In this document: positions 26,876-40,265 of the stretch, piece by piece | Numbering within the stretch: the first letter of the stretch is position 1 | Layout of the letters: each line of letters opens with the position of its first letter | NCBI GenBank assembly: GCA_951406725.2 | Contig: OX597815.1 | Location: 164,052,001-164,116,000, forward strand | Source of the DNA: Octopus vulgaris | Taxonomy: Eukaryota | Reading direction: 5' to 3' | DNA length: 64,000 nucleotides | Notes under the pieces: generated by a model | The model's database searches: none | Seen by the model: the letters and a program-made list of their open reading frames with translations, nothing else | What the model was told of the DNA's origin: nothing | Translations under genes and position numbers: made by a program

Positions 26876-29178
26876 ATATTTCTCTCAAACTATTACTTTT
26901 TCTATCTAGATGAGTGTGTGTTATGTATGTATGTATGTATGTATGTATGTATATGTATGCATGTATGTATGTACGTATGAAAATTCCACCGCAGAAACAA
27001 ATGTCTCCCTATTACTGCAATAGCATCGTGTGAGTTATAGAAACCCAGATCAAAAGTCTGAAATAATTATGGTTGTGCAATTCAATAATTAAAACCAATA
27101 TTATTTCTTTTATTTTATTGATTTCTAAAATAAAATAATTTTAATTATCTTTATCACTGATGCATTACCAAAAACTGGGTCTTTGGGATTGAGTGTGTGT
27201 CTTTGACTCTGATTATGAGTCTCAAAGAACTGTCAACTTATCATTCGAATACCGAGATCAAATATTTTTTGTTTATTTTAATTAACTTTCTATCATTGTT
27301 TTAATTATCTTTATCACTGTTGCTTTGTATCACACCCACCCCCAAAAAAAACAGTTTGTCTAGTTAAAAACCTGATTTATAACCTAAAATATCAAACCAT
27401 CTATTATCGTTTAATGATGAAACCTATTATCAAATATTTAACTTTTGTGATATTTCGCTTTATTTTTTTGAATTTGTTATTATATTACCATGATTGCTTT
27501 ACTGAAAACGATGCCATTAGTTTCACTCGTGTAACATTATTAGCAATTAAATCTGCTAATTCTTTCGCAGACCTTCATGGAACTTCAGAACATTTATATC
27601 GTGTTAAAATGAGACAAAATAGAAAACAATCAAGAATATACAGTCATTGCAACTGAGGAATGTTAACATATTTTAACCTGCCAGATCGATAATAACAGTC
27701 GAATGAGTCTGAACAATTACTTGTTGTTAGTAAAAAAAAAAAGAAATATATATATATTAGATAATTCCTTAAATTTTTTTTAACAACACTAAGGTCTGGT
27801 GGACTGTATTAAGATCGTGAGAAAAAAAAACTTTTCGTTTCTAACCGTTAATTCATTTGAAGAATGAAACTTAGCATTACGATTCAGTAAGTTTCAACTT
27901 CTAATGAAATATATGCATTCTACTTTATGCGCAATATTTTCAAAAGTGTGACGTGTCGATAATTTAATCCAACCAGATATATGATCGGATTAATTAAGCA
28001 GCATCTCTGTATGGGTGTGTGTATGTGTGTGTGTTTGTATTTGTGCGTGCGTGCGTGCGTGCATATTTGTGCGTGTGTGAATCGATAGAAATATTGAACG
28101 TAAAAAATATGGTGGCAGACAAGGCTTTCTAATTTTCTCAGCACAAATTAATTGTTGGAGTTGTTCAACTCCAAGCCAACTCTGACTGAGCAGACTTATG
28201 ATCAAAAGCATTCCACCAAAATATTTCATGCTCAGTGATCATGTATTTCTACTATTTAGCATCACACTTGTAAACAGAGCCAAGTTTTGATACAAGGTAT
28301 GAAGGAATTATGCGTAATCACACTTCGTAACATGTCTTACAATACATTATATCATGTTTCGAGCACTCTGCTACACATCAGGAGGCTTAAAAAAAAGACA
28401 GAACCTCCCAGTGATTAGCAGTATGAAATATCAGTCATGAAGAGTTAAATATAAAGTTGTCTAGAAGTGCTGATTGTACCAAAAACCAGATACGTTTTAT
28501 ATTCGACAGCATACACTGATAATCCATTGACGAGGATCACATTGGATGTGATCCAAGACAATGCAAATTATTTTCTAGAGTTATTGGTGCATTGGAATAT
28601 GTCGTAAAAATAAGATCTAAGATTGATTCTGTGTCAACGCTTTAGGCTAAGACAAAAGATGTGAAGAACAAAATCATAAACACGTGAATATAACAAATGA
28701 TGAATTAGGCATTGTGGGGAAAAGGAAAGATCTCTTTCAAGGCTTTGAATAATAGTTCTTTAAAGCAATGGCCTTCTATTTGTGTTTTTGTTCATAATAA
28801 CTTTCGATCAGTCCTAAAATCCTATTTGGTTTCTACTTATATGAATCAAAAATTTTGTGACTTAGCAAGTTTTACTAATAATGCTGTACTTACCAACTAC
28901 GTTTAACAGATTTATTTTTAGATATAAATGTATAAAAACATGCATAAACTTTTACAGAATGGATACGCAAAAGAACACATATTATCGATCTACCTACCTA
29001 GCTATGTGATATCAAGACGTACACAAATATGCGCACACATGTAAACAAGGATATAGGCATAAAAACATAAGCTTTCTTCATACTTAGAGACTATTATTTA
29101 TTTTGTTCTTTCTGTTGGTCTCGACTAACGTTTTACTTTATACTCTAAGAACCAACGTCCAGGCTGCATTGCTGTTCT

Positions 29179-29216
29179 GTTTCTTGAAAGGAGGACTATT
29201 TCCCGAAATGTAAAGC
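29179..29216 (+). ncRNA. Degenerate minimal hammerhead-like motif (UUGAAA core)
   Basis: guuu c UUGAAAG gagga cuau uuccc GAAA UGUA aagc; stem I guuu/aagc. Confidence 0.35.
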
Positions 29217-29306
29217 GAAGGCTCATCCTTTCTCGTATAACAATTGAATAATTATTTGTGGTGTACTCCTTTATTTGTGCTTTCGATCCTAAGAGTCTTG
29301 ATTTGC

Positions 29307-29368
<62 letters not shown>

Positions 29369-30017
29369 TCCCATTGTAATCACTGTCAATAATATTTTTG
29401 TTTAAGAATAATAAATATGTACTCTGCATACATAGGGTGACTCATCACATTAATATAAAATTGTTTTAATATAACCGAACATAAACACACACACACATAC
29501 ACACGAGGAACAGATTTTCTTTCTTAGACTTATACTGAAAATATCCATCCATCCATATATACATACACACATACAAAGCAAGCCTATGTATACGAACACA
29601 AGGACGAAAATGATACACAATTATAAATACAGACAACAGGACATTAACAACATGTGTCTTTCGACTAAGGACGAATTAAATCAAGCTTGTGTGTATGGAA
29701 GTGAAGCCTTACGGCTGGAACATAAGAGATGAAAGACATGGAAAGGAATATAAGAGATGCTTAAGAAAGGTCAGGCTTGGCGGAACACCAGTCACGTGGA
29801 AGGAGAGGAGAGAGGTAGGGGCAGAGGGATTGAAGAATTGGGGAGGGGCAAGAAAGAGAGAAAAAGAAAGGAAAGGGACAGAGTGAGGTAAAGGAGGAGG
29901 AAAATTAAGAATAAAGGGAAGGCCAAGAAATGTGAGCGAGTAAAAGAAAAGTGGAAATAAAACGAAGTGTGAGTGTGACTAAAGGAAAGAGTGAAAGAGT
30001 CGTACAGAATTTATATA

Positions 30018-30053
<36 letters not shown>

Positions 30054-30546
30054 TGTATGTATGTATGTGTGTATGTATTTACATACAGGAGACCAAAAGT
30101 GTACGTACGCCGCTATATGTATATATAAAAAGAAAACAAAAAATGGAACAAGAACGTAACCAGTGACAACAAAACATCCGGACAGTTAGATGATACAAAA
30201 ACGGAAGGAAAAAAGAAGGACGAGTCATTCGGAGCGTCTTATCTTCAGTCGAGTTCGAGATCATCTTAGCAGTTTCGGCCGGTTACACTCGGAATTATCG
30301 ACCAGTATTTTCGGGTGATTACGGGCCCTGTCAGTGCACATGTATGCAATTATGTACTTTAACTACAGGATTAGAGCTTGTTAGCTCTTATTTCTAACAA
30401 TTTAGGTGTTCTAACACCCTAGTTATATTTACTGACAATTATAGTTTTCCTATTTAGTAATACAGTTCAAACGGCTGTCTATAATTAATTGCTCATACAT
30501 CTATATTTAGATAGATAGATAGATAAATAGATACACACACGCACAC

Positions 30547-30596
<50 letters not shown>

Positions 30597-30599
30597 TCT

Positions 30600-30924
30600 G
30601 AGATCCCCTTCCGTCACGACACAAGACCATGGGATTGCACCTAGAAAGTTACCCTCCCAGGCACAAGTCCGGGCAAGGTTGTTTATAGAAAACCAGCAGT
30701 CAACCATGCATACCGGCCTCCTCTTTCCACGCCACCAGTGTTATCCAAGGGAAAGGCAAAGGCCGATACGGCTTGGCACCTGTGACGTCGCAACTCAATT
30801 CTACAGCTGAGTGAACTGGAGCAACGTGAAATAAAGTGTCTTGCTCAAGAACACAACACGCAGCCCGGTCCGGCATTCGAGCTCTCTACCTCACGATCTA
30901 ACCACTGGGCCAGGCGTCTTCACA
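30600..30924 (-). mobile_element. SINE family C
   Basis: Reverse complement of 25908-26234. Confidence 0.9.
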
Positions 30925-30968
30925 AATATATATATATATAGATAGATAGACATACATACATACATACA

Positions 30969-31016
<48 letters not shown>

Positions 31017-31021
31017 CACGT

Positions 31022-31319
31022 GGTCTGGCACTCGGTCAGTTACGACGCGTGTTCCAGTTTCGATCAACGGATCAACCTGCTCGTGGAATCCATAGAGACG
31101 TGTAGCCTTAACGTATCTCAGGGAGACTCAGGGTGACATAGAATGTGACAAGGCTGACTCTTTGAAATACAGGTACTACTCGTTTTCGCCGTCTGAGTGG
31201 ACTGGAGCAACGTGAAATAGCGTGTCTTGTTCAAGGACACCCCGCGCCGCCGGGGATCGAACTCACGACCTTACGATCATTAGCCGAATACCGTAAACAC
31301 TAAGCCACGCGCCTTCACG
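31022..31319 (-). mobile_element. SINE family C/D
   Basis: gtgaaggcgcgtggcttagtg..gagttcgatcccc head on the minus strand. Confidence 0.85.
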
Positions 31320-31433
31320 GCCGGTGGGGAATAGACAAATGAATAGACGTTAACATACATATATGAATACAGATATATCATTTGAGATGTGTAAGTGTAT
31401 TATCCTATTACGCTATTAAGCAATTATAACCAA

Positions 31434-31944
31434 CTAGCAGTATCGCCCGGCGTTGCTCGGGTTTGTAAGGGAAATAACTATATAAGCATTTTTAGAGAGT
31501 TACTTCCCTTATAGATGCCAATTCGGGCTTTCTTAGCCATTTCTGTTTTGGTGTCTTCAAGCCATGAAGTCGTTGTTCTAAAAGAACGCTGGTCTCCTTG
31601 ACAACGCTTTACGACGTTGATTTCCTTACACTCCCTTCCCCACAGCTTCACGAGGGAGGGAAGAAGGGGAGAAGCAAACAGGTGCAGGTGTGACCATGGA
31701 CGCCAACTCCGCCGCCATCGACACACGAAATATTATACATTAAAATGGAATAAAAAATGATGTTAAATTATTTTAAAATCGTAGACTCATCGTAGACGCG
31801 CGCTAATACTCAGACGGGCTTGATATGAATCACGACTATAAGATATCCGAATTTGGTTAAACTGCACCGCAAAATGTGGGAGTAGTTAGGAATCTAAATC
31901 GAAGGGGACAGACACTCACACAACTACAGTTTTATATATATAGA
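31434..31944 (-). mobile_element. Non-autonomous Helitron
   Basis: Minus strand A|TCTATATATATAAAA ... hairpin cccgagcaacgccggg ... CTAG|T. Confidence 0.85.
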
Positions 31945-32138
31945 TTATCCAATTATTGTCCCGTTTCCAAACGTGACAACTCCTATTTCTAGCAAGGAGT
32001 ACCAGTAATTAGATGTTCTTTAAGAATAATTCACTATGACGGATTCACACTTGCAGAGAGAAATACCCAGTGTTTACACGATATTGTAGCTTTTTCTGCT
32101 TCGAGATGCGCCCTTTCAAGAAAGAGTTATAAACTAAG

Positions 32139-32485
32139 ACGCAGGCGTGGCTATGTGGGGAGAACCTTGCTTCCCAACTACATGGTTCAGGGTTCAGTCC
32201 CACTGCGTGGCACCTTGGGCATGTGTCTTCTACTATTGCTTCGGGCCGGCCAAAGCCTTGTGAGTGGAGATTTAGTCGGCGGAAACTGAAAGAAACCCGT
32301 CGTAAATACGTATGTGTGTGTGTGTGTGGGTGGGTATGTGTCTGCTTGACAACTGGTGTTTTTGAGTTTGCGTCCCCATAATGAAGCAGTTCGGCAAAAA
32401 AGATGGATAGAATAATTGCTAAGATACAAAAAAAAAGAAATTCCTGCTAATGCCCCAGCATGGCCACAGTCTAATGACTGATAAG
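32139..32485 (+). mobile_element. SINE family A
   Basis: gcaggcgtggctatgtgg...ccttgggcatgtgtcttc...ccagcatggcc. Confidence 0.85.
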
Positions 32486-32789
32486 AGAAAAAAATCTTAG
32501 CAAAATAAAAAAAAATAAAAATAAATAAACTTAAAACAAGGCAACTGAATGACTTTATTATACTTTATTTATTCATTTTATTTTATTTATTTATTATGAT
32601 TAATTTATTTATTGTATTTTATTTATTTATTTTATTTTATTTATTGTATTTTATTTATTTATTTATTTTATTTTATTTATTTATTTCTGCTGCCTCCGCG
32701 GTCAACTGCGCTAATTTGGGACTGTCAACATTTCAAAGTTGAATGGCTCATTGTTGAAGTGTCATACATCATACGTGAAGTAGAAAATT

Positions 32790-32949
32790 ACCATCATAAC
32801 CATTGACATCCGCCCCCACCCTCATCACCATTGCCAGCATCATCATTATTGTCGTCGTCGCCGTCATCATCTTCATCATCATCATCATCATCATCATCAT
32901 TTTTATCATCCTTATCATTACCATCATCATTATCTCCATCATCATCATT

Positions 32950-33007
<58 letters not shown>

Positions 33008-33494
33008 CCATTACCATCAGCAGCACTACAACAACCACCACCGCCGCCGCTACCACCGGCACTACCACCACCGCTACCACCATCACCATCACTATCACCG
33101 CTAACTGTACTACCACCACCGTTACTATTAGCATCATTGCCTCTACTAACATTCCGCTAACACCGTCGCCACTATCACAACGACCACCACTATCACTACC
33201 ACTGCTACTGCCTCCGATACTGTAAAAGAATACGATCTCACCGTCACTACCGCCACCACCATCACTACAACAATGACTACCACCACTAACACTACTACTA
33301 CTACTACTACTACTACCATTTATTAAATCTCTACCGCTGTTGTCACAGCCATCACCACTATCACTGCAAACACCACTGCTATCACGTTCCTTATTATTAC
33401 AACCGCCACCACCACCACCACCACCAACATCATCATCATCGTCATTATCATCATCATCATCATCGCCATCACCACCACCACCACCACCACCATC

Positions 33495-33526
<32 letters not shown>

Positions 33527-33905
33527 TATCACCATCACCATCACCGCTATCATCATCATCCTCATTTCCATCATCATTGTCATCACTATCATCATCATCA
33601 TCATCATCATCATTATCACCAGCACCACCACCGCCACTATCATCATCGTCATTAGCACCATCATCACCACCACTACTACCACCATCATCATCACCATTAT
33701 CATTATCATCATCATCATCATCATCACCTTCATCATTATCCCCCTCCACCACCACCACCACCAACATCATCATTGCAATCATCATCAACATTGTCACTGT
33801 CTTCACCCGACCATTACCCTTCCTCCTCCTCCTACTCCTCATCTACATCCGCCTTCTCATCCCCTTCATCATCATCATCACCATCATCACCTTCCTCTTC
33901 GTCGT
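32790..33905. repeat. Compound (CAT/CAC/TAC)n low-complexity tract, ~1.1 kb
   Basis: Read directly; produces spurious poly-D/G/M/P/S ORFs. Confidence 0.9.
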
Positions 33906-34681
33906 CAGTGGAGCATATAATGTAACACTTGAATAACACTTCGATGCATATAAATTGATCCGGCATTAATCTCCGATTCCGTTATTCAATTGAAGAATTA
34001 ATTTTATTGATTCCTCTTAATGTCACAACCTTCTTAAGATCTCCAATGCAGAAGTTGACCACTGCGCGATGTCCATGTGTATGTAGACCTCGCCCCTCGC
34101 CGCCGCCGCACAGCGCATGCCCCCATATATGCTTACATGTCCGTATACGCCATGTTAATGATACGAATGTGTACAGATATGTACAGGTGTGTTTGTGTGT
34201 GCGTGTGTGTGTGTATGTGTGTGTGTGTGTATTGTGCATTCATGAATGTATGTCAGCGTGTTATGATTGTGTGTTTATGTAATTATGTGTGTATGGTTGT
34301 GTATTGTTTGTGAATGTGTGTGTGCGTGCAGTATAGCTCTGTGTGTGTGAGTGTGTGTGTGTGTGTATGTGTGTGCGTGTGTTTGTGTGTGTCTGTGCAT
34401 TTGCGTCAGCATGTATCAGATCGTGTTACCCAAGCTGCAGTTAGAATCGTCTATGTGTACGCATGAAGGTATTAGGGATATGTTTTGTTCAAATGTGTAT
34501 ATATGTGTGTGTGTGTGTATGTGTGTTTGTGTATGTATGTGTGTATGTGTGTATTCTGTATGTCCGTCTGTGTGCATATGACCGTTTTATATATTTATGT
34601 ATATCTGTATGCCTGAGTTCGTATGTCATTTGAAATTTTAAGCCGTCCTAGATAGTAGAAAGAACTTATCCCTTCTTTCAG

Positions 34682-34718
<37 letters not shown>

Positions 34719-34811
34719 TACATACATACATATATATATATATAAATGGCGGTGCCCCAGCATGGCCACAGCTCATAAGCTGAAACTGGAAAAATCAAAA
34801 TCAAATCAAAT

Positions 34812-34866
<55 letters not shown>

Positions 34867-35000
34867 ATGTATGTATGTATGTATGTGTGTGTGAGTGTGT
34901 GTATAACCGCACAAATGCAAAACAAGGTGGAAAAATAATACTCAAATACCGAAGGTACAGTAATGTGCTTTTGCTAAAGCTGCAAAATCCTTTACACAGA

Positions 35001-35038
35001 CTGTTACTTAGAGTCTCACGTTACCGTTCGTTAGACAG
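35001..35038 (-). ncRNA. Degenerate minimal hammerhead motif
   Basis: cugu CUAACGA acg guaa cgu GAGAC ucuaa GUA acag; three stems retained, two core substitutions. Confidence 0.45.
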
Positions 35039-35070
35039 TTGTGATCATACACATAATAGTGTATGTCTAT

Positions 35071-35151
<81 letters not shown>

Positions 35152-35781
35152 AATCGAGTCGGAGATGCACTCAGTAACTGCTTGAGACATTGTATGCCAT
35201 GTTTGATGGATGGAAACCAATGTCACAGTTTAGAGCAGGTAGTCGTTTGTGCCCCCTCCTGATTAGCTAGGGATCACGTTGTAACCTGTTTTGGTATAAC
35301 AAGAAGCCTAACGGAGCTCGTTTACATCGTCTAGATTCATATTTATTTTTCTTTTTTCAAACTGAGAAAAACTCATATGTCATCCTTTTTCATTACCACC
35401 AATATCAACGGAAAACATCGAAGCTCATCACTTGCAAAGCAATAAGAGCTACGAACTGGTTGTACGTCACACCACCGAGTTCCTCTCCAGCATTCATGTT
35501 TCTTTCTAATGTTCACACCATGAAGATTGTCACACGCATCACGCGAAACTCTTATCTGTCAGGGAATTAATCATCAATCTCGTGTTACACATTGACTATT
35601 CGTGTGTGTATGTATGTATGTATGTATGTATGTATGTATGTATGTATGTATGTATGTATGTATGTATGTATGTATGCATGTATATACGTATGTATGTACG
35701 TATGTATGTATGTTTGATTGTATGTATTTTCTCTTTTTATACATTTATATATATATAGAGAGAGAGAGAGACATAGATGCA

Positions 35782-35821
<40 letters not shown>

Positions 35822-36278
35822 GATGCCGAGTGCTGGGAACACAAAAAGGGGATGAATTTATCGAGAGTGAAAATCAAAAACGTTTACCGATAACTTTAAC
35901 AACTCGAACCGCACGGTTTCTGCTTCTTTCTAGTAAAGCACAGAATATGTTTGCTAAGGCTAGCTTCGTCAGCGAGTCGCCTAAATTGAATCGAGGTCTG
36001 CAGCGATGTGGGACCATGTGTTGATCTCGACTACTAGCAGATCTTAACTTTTCAAATCTCTGCGCAGACGCAAAACTTACACGGCAGTATAGGACATGCC
36101 GGGAAGAATTTTACGAATAAATCCATCATGTAATATGCGAATATAAACAAGGCCCTTAATTGTATAACTACATGAATAATATTTTTCTATATGAATAATA
36201 TTTTTGTCTTATGACTAATTCGTCTTTTGTGCTGGGCACCTGGTAGTAAATAATATTACTACCCTTCTTGTTTATATT

Positions 36279-36340
<62 letters not shown>

Positions 36341-36530
36341 TAAATATACATATATAAGTGTGTGTTCGTGTACGAGTACATGTGTAGATATATATTCCTA
36401 TGTGTGTGAGTATATTTCTGCCTATGTAAGTATGTATGTATGCATGTATTTGAATATATGCGTATGTGTTTGTGTGTATGCATATATATATATTTATGTA
36501 TATGTTTATATATAATATATATATATATAC

Positions 36531-36603
<73 letters not shown>

Positions 36604-36832
36604 TATACATATATATATACATATGTTTATGTGTATGTATATTGATACATGTGTATGTCTATGTGTTCGTATACGTTTGTGTTTTTTTTTTTTGTAAGTA
36701 TATAACGTTTATATTTACACGTCACATAATTGAGTGAGTATACGCATGTGTGCATATGAATATAAATACGTTCCATTTTGTAGGACTTTCTATCTCTGTT
36801 AACATGTCTGTTTGATGAGTTTGTTATTTATA

Positions 36833-36920
36833 TCCTTCCTGATGAAATTGATCTATTGGTGGCCATAATTAATCCTGTCGAACATTTTTGGAGTGCATCC
36901 TTCGAAACATATGTAAAAGA
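36833..36920 (+). ncRNA. Type I hammerhead motif, degenerate stem II
   Basis: CUGAUGA 36839-36845; GAAAC AUAU GUA 36904-36915. Confidence 0.55.
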
Positions 36921-37015
36921 CATCAAATATATAAATGGTTTAACATCCTGAGCGTTCGTTTCCTTATTTAATTTCCGTTTTCTACTACATGCATATACAT
37001 ACATACATATATATG

Positions 37016-37051
<36 letters not shown>

Positions 37052-37065
37052 TGTGTGTGTACATA

Positions 37066-37113
<48 letters not shown>

Positions 37114-37137
37114 TATGTACACACACATTCATATATA

Positions 37138-37192
<55 letters not shown>

Positions 37193-37201
<9 letters not shown>

Positions 37202-37460
37202 ATATAGATAATGGGCTATAATCCTGTTGTAATTTAGTCATCCAGCAAGTATATAGCACATTCTCTATATTTTAGTGCATTGTAACATTCAAAACTTTTT
37301 ATTCTTTATAAACAATACACAATGCTTCAAGCGAACTAAAATACTCTCATATATATATATATATGAGAGTATTGTAGTTATAATATAGATAATGGGCTCT
37401 ATACCTGCTGGATGACTAAATTACAACAGGTATATAGCCCATTGCCTATATTATAGTGTA
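37193..37460. repeat. Nested inverted repeats: an ~87-bp hairpin unit present twice in opposite orientation
   Basis: 37193-37279 is self-complementary; 37378-37460 is its reverse complement; palindrome at 37335-37378. Confidence 0.8.
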
Positions 37461-37491
37461 TATATATATATATATATATATATAACATGCA

Positions 37492-37581
<90 letters not shown>

Positions 37582-37654
37582 TATGTATATAGTAGAAAAC
37601 AGGAAAATTGAGTAAGGAGACGAAGGCTCAGGATGTTAAACCATTTATATATTC

Positions 37655-37960
37655 CGGGTACAGTTCTAATGCATGGCACCTTGGACGAGTGTTTTCTTCT
37701 ATAGCTTTTGGCCGACCAGAGCCTTGTGAATAGATACAGCGAAACTGAAAGAAACCCGTCGTATATATGTGTGTGCATGTGCGTGTGTGTGTGTGTGTAC
37801 CCTAGACCGCTTGACAACCGGCATTAGTTTGTTTACGTACCCGTAACATTGTGGTTCGACAAAGATCGACAGAATTAATACTGGAGTCGATTGAATCGAC
37901 TAAAATTCTTCAAGGTTGTTCCCCAGTCTTGTCGCAGTCTAGTGACTTAACAAGTGTAAG
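37655..37960 (+). mobile_element. SINE family A, degenerate
   Basis: ggcaccttggacgagtg..gaaactgaaagaaacccgtcgta..gcttgacaaccg. Confidence 0.8.
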
Positions 37961-37973
37961 ATGCACACAAACA

Positions 37974-38055
<82 letters not shown>

Positions 38056-38187
38056 GTATACATAGTTAAATGTCTGGACATTTACACGTACACACACGTA
38101 ACGATATATATAATAGTCTATATTTTAATTGATAAATAATATTTTATAAATTATCTCTATTTTCCTATCTTATTGTAATATATATAT

Positions 38188-38437
38188 GAGTAGATGAAAC
38201 AGAGGCGACTGAAGAAGGGGTATTTTCCTTGTGTTGTATGTTCTGTACTCTATATTTTCGTTGTTTAAAAAAAAACGTCCATTTCCTTGGTTTTGTGTTT
38301 ATGTTTTCGTTTCTCATCGTGTTCGTCGATTTTTTTTTTGTGTGTCCTGTACCCATATATGCATGTATATATACATGTAGATGTAGGTACGTACATATAT
38401 GTATGTATATATGCATATGTTTTATTTATTAATTTGT

Positions 38438-38472
<35 letters not shown>

Positions 38473-38737
38473 CCTTCGAAACGAGGAGTAGATGAAACAG
38501 GGACAACTGATGAAGGGGAATATTCTTTATGTTGCATATCTCATTTCTCTGTTTTTTTCGTTGCTCGGAAAAAAGTTCGTTTTTCTATGTTTTTGTTTTT
38601 TATGCTTTCGCTTCTCATTGTGTTCAACGTTATTTTTTATGTCCCGTACCCATATATGAATGTATATATACATATATATGTAGGTATGTACATATATGTA
38701 TGTATATATGCATTTTTATATGTGTTTATATATTATT

Positions 38738-38745
<8 letters not shown>
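38188..38745 (+). mobile_element. Two tandem copies of a (TA)n-inserted element with CTGA(A/T)GAAGGGG
   Basis: 38188-38440 resembles 38470-38745; third copy on the minus strand at 53075-53440. Confidence 0.75.
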
Positions 38746-38796
<51 letters not shown>

Positions 38797-38889
38797 ATAA
38801 GTTTGGGGGTAAAAAGTTTGAATAATTTATTACCAAATGGTCTGCCTGCTTAATAAAAGTCTTAAGACAAAGTATTTTTTATATATAAA

Positions 38890-39100
38890 AGTGTATATAG
38901 ATTTATACACGGAGAGAAGACCCTTGACTGGTCTTCTTACATACTAAAAAGGACAGTTAAACCCAAACAACGAAAAAAGAGGAATTCTTAAGGTGCCTAT
39001 TAGCAGCGTGTCTTAAAAATTCCTTTTTTTCGTGGTTTGGATTTAACTGCCCTTTTTAGCATGTAAGTGTCTTCTCTGCGGATATAAATCTTTATACACT
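38890..39100. repeat. Degenerate ~100-bp inverted repeat (MITE/PLE-like)
   Basis: gtgtatatagatttata..ctaaaaagg.cagttaaa..cgaaaaaa.aggaatt versus aattccttttttcg..tttaactg..tttttag..tataaatct.tatacac. Confidence 0.75.
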
Positions 39101-39383
39101 CATGTATATATATATATTGAAGATTATGACATCCTTATGTATGAGAGTGTGTGTGTGTTTGTGTGTGTGTGCTTGTGTGTGTTTGTATGTGTATGTGTTT
39201 GTCTTGTGTGTGTGTTTGCGAATGTTTGTATGTGTACAAATGTCTGAGAACGTATACATACCTAAGAGCATGCATATATAAAATTGTCAGTACATATATG
39301 CATGTATATATACTTTAAAATATCTAATATGTACATACATATATTCTAATATTGACTCGTAACATGCAAACATTACGATTTTA

Positions 39384-39425
39384 TTATTGTTGTTGTTGTT
39401 GTTGTTCTTCTTCTTCTTCTTCTTC

Positions 39426-39475
<50 letters not shown>

Positions 39476-39502
39476 TTTCTTCTTCTCCTCCTCCCCATCC
39501 TT

Positions 39503-39582
<80 letters not shown>

Positions 39583-39598
39583 TACTGCTACTACTACT
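39384..39598. repeat. Compound trinucleotide tract (TTG/TTC/TTA/CTA)
   Basis: Read directly from the sequence. Confidence 0.9.
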
Positions 39599-40043
39599 TT
39601 CACGGCAGAATCCAATATGATTGTAATGATTAATGATTTCTGTTGTCATTGTTAAATCTGCAACTAGAGATAACCATCGCAACTACAGGACTTAGACTAA
39701 ATCGTAAATTATGAACGCTAGACTCAGCTACACTGTAAAGACGGGCGTTATTTGTGATTCTGTGCGATTCGCTGACGTATTGGGGATTCATATCGGTATT
39801 TCATACAGCATTTAGATATAACGGTGACGTTTCATACCAGATACCAGTTGTATCTAAATCATAACCGTCCCTATCTTTCTTTAGTCAAGCATTCAATATT
39901 TCGTTGCATATATAACATATATGAAATGTTGTGCTGACGCTATAACTCTCATCAACTCCACCATCGCCATCACCACATTCACCACTCACTCCTGCATATG
40001 CTATACATTTCTTTCTTTCTTTCCTTCTCTCTCTCTCTCTCCC

Positions 40044-40129
<86 letters not shown>

Positions 40130-40225
40130 CATTAACGTGTGTACTCATGTTTGTGTTTGAATGGCTGTACAATACCCATGTACGTGTCGATAACTGATCG
40201 GTTGTGAAGTTCGCTTTGCTGCCAG

Positions 40226-40265
<40 letters not shown>

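Noticed and set aside
32769-33936. 357-aa and 198-aa low-complexity ORFs
   Set aside because: Trinucleotide repeat open in several frames; no domain or splice evidence
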